From positions 256,001 through 320,000 of the forward strand of contig JBMFRB010000002.1 of the NCBI GenBank assembly GCA_049968255.1: DNA of 64,000 nt, in the 5' to 3' direction. Within the stretch, counting starts at the first letter, position 1. Each line of letters opens with the position of its first letter. Origin of the DNA: Candidatus Sumerlaeaceae bacterium. GTDB taxonomy: Bacteria > Sumerlaeota > Sumerlaeia > Sumerlaeales > Sumerlaeaceae. The position numbers and the translations under genes were made by a program. Positions 37,306-46,560 of this stretch are shown here, in pieces. The notes beneath the pieces were generated by a model. The model did not search any database. It saw nothing but the letters and a program-made list of their open reading frames with translations, and was not told where the DNA came from.

Positions 37306-38727
37306 TTGAATCTTGGACCGAAATGGAAGGCCAGAGGGGCAAGTCTTATTGCGCGGCTGACGGGCCGCTCCTTCGCATCGAGTTCTGCACGGTCCTTTGC
37401 GAAAAGCGCGGGGTGGATTGGCATCACGTTTCTGTTTTCGCGCGCTATCGGCATGATTGTGCCGCTTCTCGCGGCACGCTACTTGGGAAAAGAGATCTTC
37501 GGAAAAGCGACCCTTGCCATAACAGTCGGGCAATTTCTTAGCATGGTCATGCTCCTCGGCATGAACAACGCAGTCGTTCGATACGGGGCGCCGAAGCATC
37601 AGCCCCGCGAAGAAGTTGCCGCGGCTCTTTTTGTTACCGCTTTCGCTACCCTGGCTGTCCTGTTAGTCGTTGGCCTTGGCGGCGGTCAAGCCCTTGCGTG
37701 CACCTTTCATTTCGAGAAAGACATTATTCACTGGGGAGTGCTGTTCGCCCTCTTTGCCACGGCCTATGTTTTGACCACCAGCTTTTTACAGGCCTTTCAT
37801 CGGTTCTACGAGAGGGGAGTGGGGGAACTGTTGACAGCCGTGAGTGTCGTTTTCGGTTTTGGTTGTGGGGTCCTCGCGTACGGGCGGCATTTAGCAGCGT
37901 ATCTTCTCGCCATCTGCCTGGCGTTTCTCACAGCCACTTGCTACGCGGTGTATCATACAAAGCGACATTTAGGAACGATGGCTTGGCCTGCCCCTCACAC
38001 GCTCAGGGTGATGACCGCCTATGGTACTCTTTCAACACTAGGCAACATCGGTTTTATCCTAACTTTTTACATTCAGCCCATGATCCTAAACAAGCTTTTA
38101 TCAGCAAGTGAGGTCGGCCTGTTTCGCGTCTATCAAACAGCGAGCATCACCATAGCACAATCACTCTCCGTGATCTTCAACACCGTTTTCTTTCCCAAGG
38201 CCTCTGCAAGTGCTAACAGAAAGGAACTCTGGCGCGTGACCTGGAGGCTGTGGGCAGTTGCACTCTTGCCCCTGGGTGCCGCCTACATCCTATCGCAACT
38301 TGTGCTCATCCCGGTCGCAGGAAGAGACTATCCATTGAACTGGAACCTCATGGGACTTTTTGCGATAACATCGCTTTTCATAACGGTTCAGAGCACAGTC
38401 GGGCAGTTCCTGGGGGCAGAAGGGGTTCGTGGCGTTGCGGCCGGGCTTGTCGTTTCGATTGTGACTGGGAGCGTTTGTGTCGGGACAAGCTATCTGCTCG
38501 TGCCACGATTTCACTTAGCCGGGGCGTGCCTCGCGCTGCTTTTCGCTTATGCCATTGCTCTGGTTCTCGTCATTCTCGCCCAAGAGTATATCTTGCGTCA
38601 CGGCATCCCTGGAAGTGCCCAAACCCCCGAGAGGGAAGCGGGGGAGTACAGGGGAGCCTTCGAGGCTCACAGTGCGAGCGAAATTCTGCCCGAGCTCGCA
38701 TCCCGGGACAAGGAAGAGAATGAATAA
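37306..38727 (+). CDS. Wzx-like oligosaccharide flippase (MOP superfamily)
   Basis: About 12 TMs; LAARYLG...FG, GMNNAVVRY, EVGLF. Confidence 0.8.
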   Translation: MNLGPKWKARGASLIARLTGRSFASSSARSFAKSAGWIGITFLFSRAIGMIVPLLAARYLGKEIFGKATLAITVGQFLSMVMLLGMNNAVVRYGAPKHQPREEVAAALFVTAFATLAVLLVVGLGGGQALACTFHFEKDIIHWGVLFALFATAYVLTTSFLQAFHRFYERGVGELLTAVSVVFGFGCGVLAYGRHLAAYLLAICLAFLTATCYAVYHTKRHLGTMAWPAPHTLRVMTAYGTLSTLGNIGFILTFYIQPMILNKLLSASEVGLFRVYQTASITIAQSLSVIFNTVFFPKASASANRKELWRVTWRLWAVALLPLGAAYILSQLVLIPVAGRDYPLNWNLMGLFAITSLFITVQSTVGQFLGAEGVRGVAAGLVVSIVTGSVCVGTSYLLVPRFHLAGACLALLFAYAIALVLVILAQEYILRHGIPGSAQTPEREAGEYRGAFEAHSASEILPELASRDKEENE

Positions 38728-39083
38728 TGCAAATTTGTCCCTCCCCTTAGTGCGATCTCCTTCCAAGCCGTGCTGCAGACAGGCATCATTTGATACGCTT
38801 GATTAGAGATTCTTGATGTGGCTCTTTTGCGCCAATGCGCCAACGATTTGCTGCAGCAACTCTCCACAAAATCCCAAGAGTCCAACCTCGTCGCCAAATC
38901 AATCAAGCTCGCTGGACAACTGGTTGCTGAACGATCTTAGCGTTCCGGCCGGCAGCAACTAGCCTCTCCCCAGACAATCCACACTGGTCACAGTTGCAAC
39001 GACAAGCTTCGTGGGCCCGGGATTTTGGCCTCGGCTGGCGTCGTGTGGGCTCCTGGAATCAGCCGAAAAGCCTGAAAATTGAC

Positions 39084-39232
39084 TTTTCCACAACTTCTCT
39101 AAATGTAAATTTAAGGAAGTTTATGTGATAAACACGTAGATCATTGCAAAATTGGTGATTATTAGTATGAGGTTCGACTCGCACTTCTGAGTGATAATGT
39201 ATTAAATGACTGATTGGTGTGTGTGTGGATGT
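39084..39232. other. AT-rich core with DnaA-box-like 9-mers and a 28-bp palindrome (candidate oriC or dif; see findings)
   Basis: TTTTCCACA 39084-39092; ACTTCTCTAAA-TGTAAA-TTTAAGGAAGT 39093-39120; TGTGATAAA 39124-39132. Confidence 0.45.
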
Positions 39233-39623
39233 CGTGGCTCTCGCACGCAATGCGGAGAGAATTGGCTGTGAGGAGCGGAGTGCTTCTCGCAGAAGTCGGG
39301 AAGAGTGAGAATTTTTTTGGCAGGCCACCAAGTGAGGTCGGCAACGGTTTTGGAGAGCCCAATTTTATTGGGTATGGGGAGGTCTAGCTCGAACGCCCAT
39401 GGTCTACAGTGGTTGGGTTCGATTTAGAGGACATGCCCTCGTTAACCCTCAATGAGCATGCCTGGTGAGCACAGCAACTTTGGTGGTCGTTTTGGTAGGA
39501 GCTTAATGAACGCAAGATGTAAACGCATAAAACAAGCAGTATAATGGCTAGGCTCAGTGATGAGGTGAACGGGGAGGCGAGAGAAGAAGAAGAAGAACCT
39601 GTGCCGAAAACAAAGCGGGAATA

Positions 39624-41012
39624 TTAGCGAGGCATTGGGAATTGAGCAAAATAGACATGCCCATCGCCACCTTGATCGCGTGCAGATGTATAAACCAGCA
39701 CGACTTGGCTGTCCCCAACCGGTACTAGGACGAATGAGGGATGGCCAGCTGGACTTGGGGACATCGTCGCGATCATGGACGGAACAACTGCTTCTTTGGT
39801 TTGCGTTGGATCGCAACGTGCCAGGTGCACATACGTCTGGGAAGTGACGCGATCTTGGAAGGACAGGAGGAGGTCCGCCGTTGGCGAAATTGTTGTGATG
39901 ACTGGGTCGGATTGTGGAGTGCCGCGAAGGGGCATTGCGAAAGTCACAAGTTGGGTGGTTGTGGTGAAGTCGCGGTCTTTCTTTTCCATCGTGAGCACGA
40001 GCCTGTCACCGAGGCCTGTGGCTTCGAACCAAGCGGCGGCCAAGAGGTTGTCGCGTGGATTCAGGGGAGTGACAATTGGGAACCGATTTGCAGGAATGGC
40101 GTGAAGCAATGGATGAGAAATCTTGAATGTCCAACCGTTGGAGACCGCGTGATACTGCGCGGCCATGGTAACGAAGTGTGAGTGTTTTGTCGTAAACCAA
40201 ACGATGAAGGGGTCATTGTGAAGTATGAGAAGCTGAGGCGAGAAGATAGGAGACGCTGGACCGTGTGAAGCGGCAACATCCCAAACTTCGGCGGTCGAGC
40301 GGCCGGAATCAAATCTGGCTGCGAGCACAGATGAGCCATAATCAGTAGACTCTTGCCAGGTTAGCCAAACGTCTGGGGGAAAGGTATGCGTCACAGCAAG
40401 CCCTAACAAGTCGCACACTCCCCCATTGTGGCCAGCTCGGGATGGAAGTTCAATGGGATCAAGCCATTGTTCGCCAAGTCGCCGAAGTAAGCAAACGACG
40501 TCTCCTGCGGGCCGATGGGAAATCCAGGCGAGGTAGAGGTTGCCGAGCTCGTCGAAGGAAAGGACAGGGTTTCGATTTTCGCCGGGGGAGTCTCGGTCCG
40601 CAAGCATTTCCCCAAGCCACTCCCCTGCTATGTTTTCTCGTAGCACGATTCGCCGGCGCCCTGCCACGTAACCATCCCAGGCAACGGCCAGTCGGTTTGC
40701 TTGACTGTTGAGCGCGGCGTGCGCATGAGAGTTATCGAGGGAAATAGTGTCGATAGCTAAAAAGCGCAGGGTATCGTTGTCGGAGGCTGCCCCTTTTATG
40801 GCGAGAACGAGGAAAACAAGCACAATCATGCCTCCGCCCTGGCACGCCGCTTTCATATGCTGCCAGACGACGCGGGCAATTGGTTGCCTTACCGCGCGCG
40901 CATCTGGAGTTTTTGGTGCGATCTTCACATTCGTGCTTTCCTGCTCTCGAATGTTAGTAGAGTGTTGGTCCCTTAGGTGATTGGTTCCGTTTATTTGCGG
41001 AGAATTTTCCAT
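39624..41012 (-). CDS. Hypothetical exported protein with beta-rich repeats (true start probably downstream of 41012)
   Basis: Signal-peptide-like MIVLVFLVLAIKGAA; repeated P.L....G....[AV]W motifs suggest a beta-propeller. Confidence 0.6.
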   Translation of the reverse strand: MENSPQINGTNHLRDQHSTNIREQESTNVKIAPKTPDARAVRQPIARVVWQHMKAACQGGGMIVLVFLVLAIKGAASDNDTLRFLAIDTISLDNSHAHAALNSQANRLAVAWDGYVAGRRRIVLRENIAGEWLGEMLADRDSPGENRNPVLSFDELGNLYLAWISHRPAGDVVCLLRRLGEQWLDPIELPSRAGHNGGVCDLLGLAVTHTFPPDVWLTWQESTDYGSSVLAARFDSGRSTAEVWDVAASHGPASPIFSPQLLILHNDPFIVWFTTKHSHFVTMAAQYHAVSNGWTFKISHPLLHAIPANRFPIVTPLNPRDNLLAAAWFEATGLGDRLVLTMEKKDRDFTTTTQLVTFAMPLRGTPQSDPVITTISPTADLLLSFQDRVTSQTYVHLARCDPTQTKEAVVPSMIATMSPSPAGHPSFVLVPVGDSQVVLVYTSARDQGGDGHVYFAQFPMPR

Positions 41013-42115
41013 TCTTTCGGAAAGTAGGTCAAGTTGCGATATCCGCTATGTTCGACCACAATTAAATCCTCGATCCTTACCCCACCAATGCCTGGCAGAT
41101 AAATGCCGGGTTCGATAGTAATTACCATTCCTGGCTCAAGGACATCAGTCGAATGTGGGTTTAGTGTAGGTGCTTCGTGGATTTCCAATCCCACGCCATG
41201 GCCAAGGCCGTGACCGAAAAACTCTCCATATCCGGCTTTTTCAATAACATCGCGCGCCCGTTGGTCAACTTCACTTGCGGCAATGCCCGGACGCACAGAG
41301 TCGAGCGCCGCTAGCTGCGCGTCGAGCACGATTTGATAAATCTCGGCGACCTTTTGAAGGTTTGCTCCAGTTCCATAGCCAAAGGTGCGGGTCATGTCGC
41401 TACAGTAGTGGTGTTGCCGCACGCCCATGTCGACAAGTACGACGCCAGCCTCAGTGGTGAGTTTTTTGTCGCCAGGCACGGCGTGGGGGCGGGAAGCAGC
41501 CTCGCCGAATGCGACAATGCTCGGAAATGCTTCTTCCACTTCCTTTTCCACCATATTTTTTCGTAGTTCTTTGAGAAGGCCACGCTCCGTGATGTCGTTG
41601 AAACTTACGCCTGCGAGAACGTTTGCCAGAACTTCCTCGTTGAGCTCTTGGGCTTTTTCGATAGCAGCAATCTCAAATTCGTCTTTTTGTGCTCGCAGGT
41701 CGCGGATGATACGAGCGCTTTCAATGAAAAGGGTTCCCTGAGGAGCTAGCTCGGTTAGCTTCTTAAAATGATCGTATGAGGCAGTGCCCTCAAAACCAAT
41801 GTGGAGTGGCCTGCTGGCGGAAAGAATTTGGGCGATTTCTTTCGTGGCTCCTGGCGAGGACGCGACAACGAGGTGCCAGGGCTGGGCGAGGTTCTGCTCT
41901 GCCGCTTCAGCGTAACGAAAGTCGGTGAGAAAAATACATTCCTCGTTGGTGATGATTAAGAAGGGATTACTACATGCGAATCCCGTGAAGTAGAACGCAT
42001 TGGGGAGCGTGGAGACAACAAAAGCGTGAAGTTCCTTTTCTTCCATCGCCGCGCGGAGGCGGTTCAGTCGCTGTGCGAGATTTGGCTGCGGAGGGTGTTC
42101 GGGTTTGTCCAACAT
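40991..42115 (-). CDS. Xaa-Pro aminopeptidase (M24B)
   Basis: TDFRY, SDMTRT, HGLGHGVGLEIHE, TIEPGIY, GVRIED. Confidence 0.93.
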   Translation of the reverse strand: MLDKPEHPPQPNLAQRLNRLRAAMEEKELHAFVVSTLPNAFYFTGFACSNPFLIITNEECIFLTDFRYAEAAEQNLAQPWHLVVASSPGATKEIAQILSASRPLHIGFEGTASYDHFKKLTELAPQGTLFIESARIIRDLRAQKDEFEIAAIEKAQELNEEVLANVLAGVSFNDITERGLLKELRKNMVEKEVEEAFPSIVAFGEAASRPHAVPGDKKLTTEAGVVLVDMGVRQHHYCSDMTRTFGYGTGANLQKVAEIYQIVLDAQLAALDSVRPGIAASEVDQRARDVIEKAGYGEFFGHGLGHGVGLEIHEAPTLNPHSTDVLEPGMVITIEPGIYLPGIGGVRIEDLIVVEHSGYRNLTYFPKEWKILRK

Positions 42116-42292
42116 GGAAGCAAGTCTCGGATATCGACGGAGCGATGGTCAAGCAGAGGCGTCGCACCTGCCGTGCGCGGGCTAAAGAGAATCACAGATA
42201 ATTTATCTCCTCTTGCAATTACCAAAATCGGCTAACTTCGCAGCCTCTTGCTGCTGCTTATTAGACACGAACTCGGAGCCGACTGTGGGACA

Positions 42293-44263
42293 TCACCAAA
42301 CGTTGAGCTCTGAGATAGGCCCACTCACAAGTTCATGAAGGACTTTTGACTGCTGGTCCACGTTGCTATTGAAGAGTCCCTTTTTCAGACGAGAGTTGTA
42401 GTAGATATCTGGACTTCCCGTCCCGCCATAGCCCCCCTTCGTAACCAACGTGCCGTAGATCGTTGCATTGCCCGTTCTCGACATGTTACCTGTCACGTAG
42501 AGTAAGCCATCAAGGTAGCAATTCGCAACGAGGCGGCCCGTTGTGTTTCCTGTTGGGTCCGCTGCATATTCGTCTGGGTTTTTCATGAGGACAGTGGGGA
42601 ATGCTCCTCCACCGGAGGTGGACCAGTTCCCGTTGCAGTAAATCATTCCCTTCCAGAAGAACGCATCGCTAGAACCCAATGAGACATTGACCGGCGTCCC
42701 ATCTTTCGTTCCTTGGGGGGTATCGATAAAGAGAATACGATCGGGTAGAGAGGATGTATTGCCGTTCGACGGGACAAGTTTCTTCATAGAGATTTGCGCC
42801 AGGGAGGTGAAGAGCGTATTCCCCGTAGCAACGGTGGTCAGCATCCCCGTGGGCGTCACGTAAAGTGTTTGTCCTTTTTCGTTTACAAAACCGGACCCGC
42901 TTGTCTTGGGACGCACGTAACCATTGTTAGCAATGGCAAAGCTTTTCCAGAAATCGTAGTCGAGTGCGACGTCGAGTGTGTTGGACACTTCCAGGGCAAT
43001 CTGTGGCCAATTCTGGATAAGGGCACCGCTTCCCATGGGATAGAGTGTTTGGCCATCGGGTATTGGATCGAACAGAATTCCGCGCCCCGTATTGGGGAGG
43101 GCCCATTGGCCTGGTTGCGTCCAATTATAGTCCCCCGCAAGCTGTAACTTAGCTGGCACGAGAGGATTGCTCCCACTCTGAAACGCGCCATTGAGCACCT
43201 GGACAAAGAAATCGGTCACGGGTACGCCGTTTAGGCTATCAGGGAAAATGGGTCTTAGGTTGGACCCCACCTTGTTGTAAAGCTTATCAGCTGTCTGCCA
43301 TTTCACCCATTTTTCGTCGCCGACGCCTGCTCCTATGAACTTATTGGCCGCTGCGCTCAGCGTGTAGGGGTCGCCGGGCTTGCTCGGTAGCGTCAATGGG
43401 CTCAACCCTAGCAAGGTGATTGGACCTTTGGAAAGAATTGGCCCCCAGTGGATGTTAAGACTGCTGGTCCCTCCTGCAGTTACGATTGCGCCGGACATGA
43501 GCCCGGCGCTGGAGGCAAGCAAAGGTTGGTTAATTTGATCAACTCCTGGCACAATGAGAATTTTCTGTTGAACAATGCGTGTTTTCGATCGGGGCGGACC
43601 CAAAACTTGCCCTTCAGATTCAATAATGAGCGACACTTTGCGCAAGTCGTCCTTCGAATAGGGACCTGCTGGCGCTAGCCCGGAACTTCGATAGGGAGTC
43701 GTGATCCGAATGCGTGTCACATAAGCACGAGCCCCGTCGCCGCCACTCATAAAGAGTTTCTCTGACGGATTGCTAAACGTGTCATTTCGGAAGTGAACGA
43801 CTTTCCCGTCCGGCCCTGTGAACTCATACAGGACCTGTCGCCCGTCGGGCAGCACTTGACCACTGCCGAAAGAGCTATCGAACGCGGTGAAGTAAGAGAC
43901 AATCTGGTTGACCGTGATGCTATCGAGAAGCGAAACGTTGTCTCGATTAGCGCGCACGTAATTGCTCAATGCAATGGCGCCCGAGGTAATCTTTTCGAGC
44001 TTCTCCCCTATCGACGTGCCAACTTGCTGTTTAGCAATATTGGGGTTCATTAGCCACGTCTTCGTGGCCGCGAGGCCGGACATTGCAGCGTGATAGGCTT
44101 CCTCATAAAGCATTTTGTTCAGCGTGGAGCGAGACAAGTCTCGCACGTGAAGCACCATCACGCCCACCACGAAAAACATCACTCCCACAAGAATGAGGGT
44201 GACGACAAGCGCGGAACCGCGCTCACAAAGTCGCAGGACCCGATGTTGTAATGTCGTTCGCAT
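42293..44263 (-). CDS. Large PilX-like minor pilin / putative adhesin
   Basis: RG-SALVVTLILVGVMFFVV prepilin-like N-terminus lacking E5, A...A.SG helix, long G/S/T/N-rich C-terminal domain. Confidence 0.7.
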   Translation of the reverse strand: MRTTLQHRVLRLCERGSALVVTLILVGVMFFVVGVMVLHVRDLSRSTLNKMLYEEAYHAAMSGLAATKTWLMNPNIAKQQVGTSIGEKLEKITSGAIALSNYVRANRDNVSLLDSITVNQIVSYFTAFDSSFGSGQVLPDGRQVLYEFTGPDGKVVHFRNDTFSNPSEKLFMSGGDGARAYVTRIRITTPYRSSGLAPAGPYSKDDLRKVSLIIESEGQVLGPPRSKTRIVQQKILIVPGVDQINQPLLASSAGLMSGAIVTAGGTSSLNIHWGPILSKGPITLLGLSPLTLPSKPGDPYTLSAAANKFIGAGVGDEKWVKWQTADKLYNKVGSNLRPIFPDSLNGVPVTDFFVQVLNGAFQSGSNPLVPAKLQLAGDYNWTQPGQWALPNTGRGILFDPIPDGQTLYPMGSGALIQNWPQIALEVSNTLDVALDYDFWKSFAIANNGYVRPKTSGSGFVNEKGQTLYVTPTGMLTTVATGNTLFTSLAQISMKKLVPSNGNTSSLPDRILFIDTPQGTKDGTPVNVSLGSSDAFFWKGMIYCNGNWSTSGGGAFPTVLMKNPDEYAADPTGNTTGRLVANCYLDGLLYVTGNMSRTGNATIYGTLVTKGGYGGTGSPDIYYNSRLKKGLFNSNVDQQSKVLHELVSGPISELNVW

Positions 44264-44858
44264 AATTCATGTCTCCCTTGTCTGGGAAGTGGTTCTTAGC
44301 AATGACATCCGTGACAAACTGGCCAAATTGTGGATTCCCCGGATCGTCCAAAATACGAGAAAAACCGCGATAGGTGAAACCAGCAACAAGCGTCAAACGG
44401 TACATAGTTTGGTATTGTATAGCGAAATTTTCCAGATGCTCAAACTTGAAGGTTGGTTTGCCCACTGGATCACCGTCTGCGTCCCAGGTGACCGCATTCA
44501 TATTGTCGTACCAGTGGAGCTCCTTCTTTTTCGAGTGGTAAGCTAGGACACCAGTTGTCACTTCGGTCCCTGAAATCGGCATCGCGACGAGGATCCGCTT
44601 GTACTCCGCAGCTTCGGGCGAGTCCGTAGGAAAGATCGAGTAATATGCTGCCCTGCGTAGCAGGTTTGCTGTCACTTCCGTAGCATTGGATGTGTTAATC
44701 TGACTCAAGACCTGCTCATGGACTCCAACGAAATTGCGGCTTGCGTAATAAGTAAGATAGGCAAGAAAGCTGAAAATAAAGCTGAGGACTGCTATTGCGG
44801 TGACCATTTCCACCAACGTGAAGGCGTGCTTGCCGACCGATGTTAGCCTCTTGTTCAT
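44223..44858 (-). CDS. Type IV prepilin-like protein (PilW-like)
   Basis: Class III signal KHA-FTLVEMVTAIAVL. Confidence 0.8.
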   Translation of the reverse strand: MNKRLTSVGKHAFTLVEMVTAIAVLSFIFSFLAYLTYYASRNFVGVHEQVLSQINTSNATEVTANLLRRAAYYSIFPTDSPEAAEYKRILVAMPISGTEVTTGVLAYHSKKKELHWYDNMNAVTWDADGDPVGKPTFKFEHLENFAIQYQTMYRLTLVAGFTYRGFSRILDDPGNPQFGQFVTDVIAKNHFPDKGDMNYANDITTSGPATL

Positions 44859-45295
44859 GTTGTGCCGGCCCTTACAAGCGTTGACATGCTTACAGTTTGA
44901 GTTCGAGATGCACTACCAGCTGGAACCCACGTGACAGTGACGCGGCATAGCGACAGGCGGCCCTGCAGTGGGGCGGGGGTGGGATTATCCCAGTTCACTG
45001 TGCCGTCATCATTCACGGGATAAAAATTGACTTCCACATTAGCCAGGATTTCTAATCCCGGTGCGTTGAAAGGTACCAGCGTTTTCACGCCCGCATCAAT
45101 TGATGCATTAGTGTGAACAGCCTCCATTGTCTGGCGAGCATAGTTAAGGGCAGCGAGTCGCTGCTTGTCGAGTTCCATCGCCTGGCGGCTGTAAATGATA
45201 CCACCCACAACCGCAAGCCCCACGATCAGTGTGAGGAGCATCGAGAGGATGACTTCGATCAGCGAAAAACCTTTGTTTCGCTGTTTTCCAATCAT
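44855..45295 (-). CDS. Type IV prepilin-like protein (PilV-like); likely ATG 45295
   Basis: Class III signal NKG-FSLIEVILSMLL; C-terminal VTVTW. Confidence 0.8.
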   Translation of the reverse strand: MIGKQRNKGFSLIEVILSMLLTLIVGLAVVGGIIYSRQAMELDKQRLAALNYARQTMEAVHTNASIDAGVKTLVPFNAPGLEILANVEVNFYPVNDDGTVNWDNPTPAPLQGRLSLCRVTVTWVPAGSASRTQTVSMSTLVRAGTT

Positions 45296-45333
45296 GGCTT
45301 TATCACCCGCTATCACTTTCGTTGTCATAGCGC

Positions 45334-45349
45334 TGCAAGATTTGTACCG
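45334..45349 (-). promoter_or_regulatory. Sigma-54 (-24/-12) promoter of the pilin-like cluster
   Basis: Minus strand CGGTACA-AATC-TTGCA has exact GG-N10-GC spacing versus consensus TGGCACG-N4-TTGCW. Confidence 0.65.
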
Positions 45350-45489
45350 CAGATTTTGCATAGCAATCAAGGATAAAACTCGTCCTACTAAAGCCCGTTT
45401 TTGGAATGACCAGCGGCATACACCGCTTCCATTTTCGGTGAAACGGTTTAGGTAGGAGCCTTCGTTTTATAGAAATGAGGAAGTGGTTG

Positions 45490-45506
45490 CGCACAATTTT
45501 TGTGCG
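45490..45506. promoter_or_regulatory. Palindromic enhancer-binding-protein site (NtrC-type UAS candidate)
   Basis: CGCACAA-TTT-TTGTGCG, perfect 7-bp arms, about 140 bp upstream of the sigma-54 promoter. Confidence 0.55.
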
Positions 45507-45525
45507 ATAGTGTGTAATTTGCGTC

Positions 45526-45864
45526 TCAGTCGGTGATGCGCCTTTTGAGGTCAGGTAGTGTTGATTGATCGCCAGCTACCATGTAGCGGGCCTCTTTATC
45601 GGTACGGGTCACATTTTCATAGACTCCCGCATCGCGACGCACGAGTTTGGTAAACCCGAGTTCTTTGAGCTTAGAATCTCCGATGGGGGTGCAGATGCCT
45701 GGAGCAAAAAGGAGCTTTTCGACAGCAGTGTCCGGCAGCGTATCGCCCAGATCCAAACCGGCGAGTGCGCAGAGTTTCCCCCAGGTGTCGATGCGTTCAC
45801 TCATCGAGTGAAAGACCGTAACCGTTTTCCCGTTGGCTCGGCAGAGGTACTCGTAGACAGGCAT
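45526..45864 (-). CDS. FmdB-like zinc-ribbon family protein (degenerate cysteine set)
   Basis: MPVYEYLC start, EKLLFAP. Confidence 0.7.
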   Translation of the reverse strand: MPVYEYLCRANGKTVTVFHSMSERIDTWGKLCALAGLDLGDTLPDTAVEKLLFAPGICTPIGDSKLKELGFTKLVRRDAGVYENVTRTDKEARYMVAGDQSTLPDLKRRITD

Positions 45865-45891
45865 CGTTCGCTCACTCCGATGGCAACGTAC

Positions 45892-46518
45892 TTAACTTAT
45901 TAGCGCATCTTCGCCAGTAATCTTCACCCGCTGGTTTCGTGAAGCGTGACGCTGGGCTTCGATAATTCGCCTTATGATCGTCACGGTGTGATCGAGGTCG
46001 TCGTTGATCACAACGAAATCATACTTTTCAGCAAAGTTGATTTCGTGCCGCGCGTTACGTAAACGCTTTTGTATGACCGGCTCGCTGTCTGTGCCTCGGG
46101 CTCGAAGACGTGCTTCGAGTACCTTCAGCGACGGCGGGAGGACGTAGATGAGCACCGAGCGATCGCAGAGTTTTTTTATAGTCAAACCTCCGACGACGTC
46201 GAGATCCATTACGACATCTCGCCCGCGCGCGAGTTTTTCTTCCACGAGGTCGCGGCGTGTGCCGTAGTAGTTGTCATGTACTCGTGCCCACTCGTAAAAG
46301 GCATTCTGCTCGATGAGGCGAAGAAATTCTTCCTCACTCACGAACCAGTAATCGCGACCATCTACCTCTCCGGGGCGCGGGGGGCGGCTAGTCACCGAGA
46401 CTGAGTAGTCGAGATTGGGATCGGCTGCCAGTAGGGCGCGACAAACCGAGCTCTTTCCACCTCCACTCGGCGAGGAGAGAACGATGAGCATCGGAAGGGA
46501 TTCTAATTCAATAGCCAT
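45892..46518 (-). CDS. gmk: Guanylate kinase
   Basis: SSPSGGGKSS, TSRPPRPGEVDGRDY, YYGT. Confidence 0.96.
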   Translation of the reverse strand: MAIELESLPMLIVLSSPSGGGKSSVCRALLAADPNLDYSVSVTSRPPRPGEVDGRDYWFVSEEEFLRLIEQNAFYEWARVHDNYYGTRRDLVEEKLARGRDVVMDLDVVGGLTIKKLCDRSVLIYVLPPSLKVLEARLRARGTDSEPVIQKRLRNARHEINFAEKYDFVVINDDLDHTVTIIRRIIEAQRHASRNQRVKITGEDALIS

Positions 46519-46560
46519 GGTGAATGTGATTTTCGGCAGGTATGGCCAAAAAGCGTCAAG

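Noticed and set aside
38728-39623. CRISPR array, tmRNA, RNase P RNA, tRNA or a small CDS in the large gap
   Set aside because: There are no regularly spaced repeats or signature motifs. GGTTCGACTC lacks a cloverleaf, the short ORFs look non-coding, and the (GT)5 and (GAA)5 runs are too short to be meaningful.
45410-45545. c-di-GMP-I riboswitch-like fragments on the minus strand (GACGCAAA; CCTAAACC...GGAAGCGG)
   Set aside because: The fragments are wrongly spaced, there is no GNRA-capped P2, and part lies in the upstream CDS. An Infernal search would settle it.
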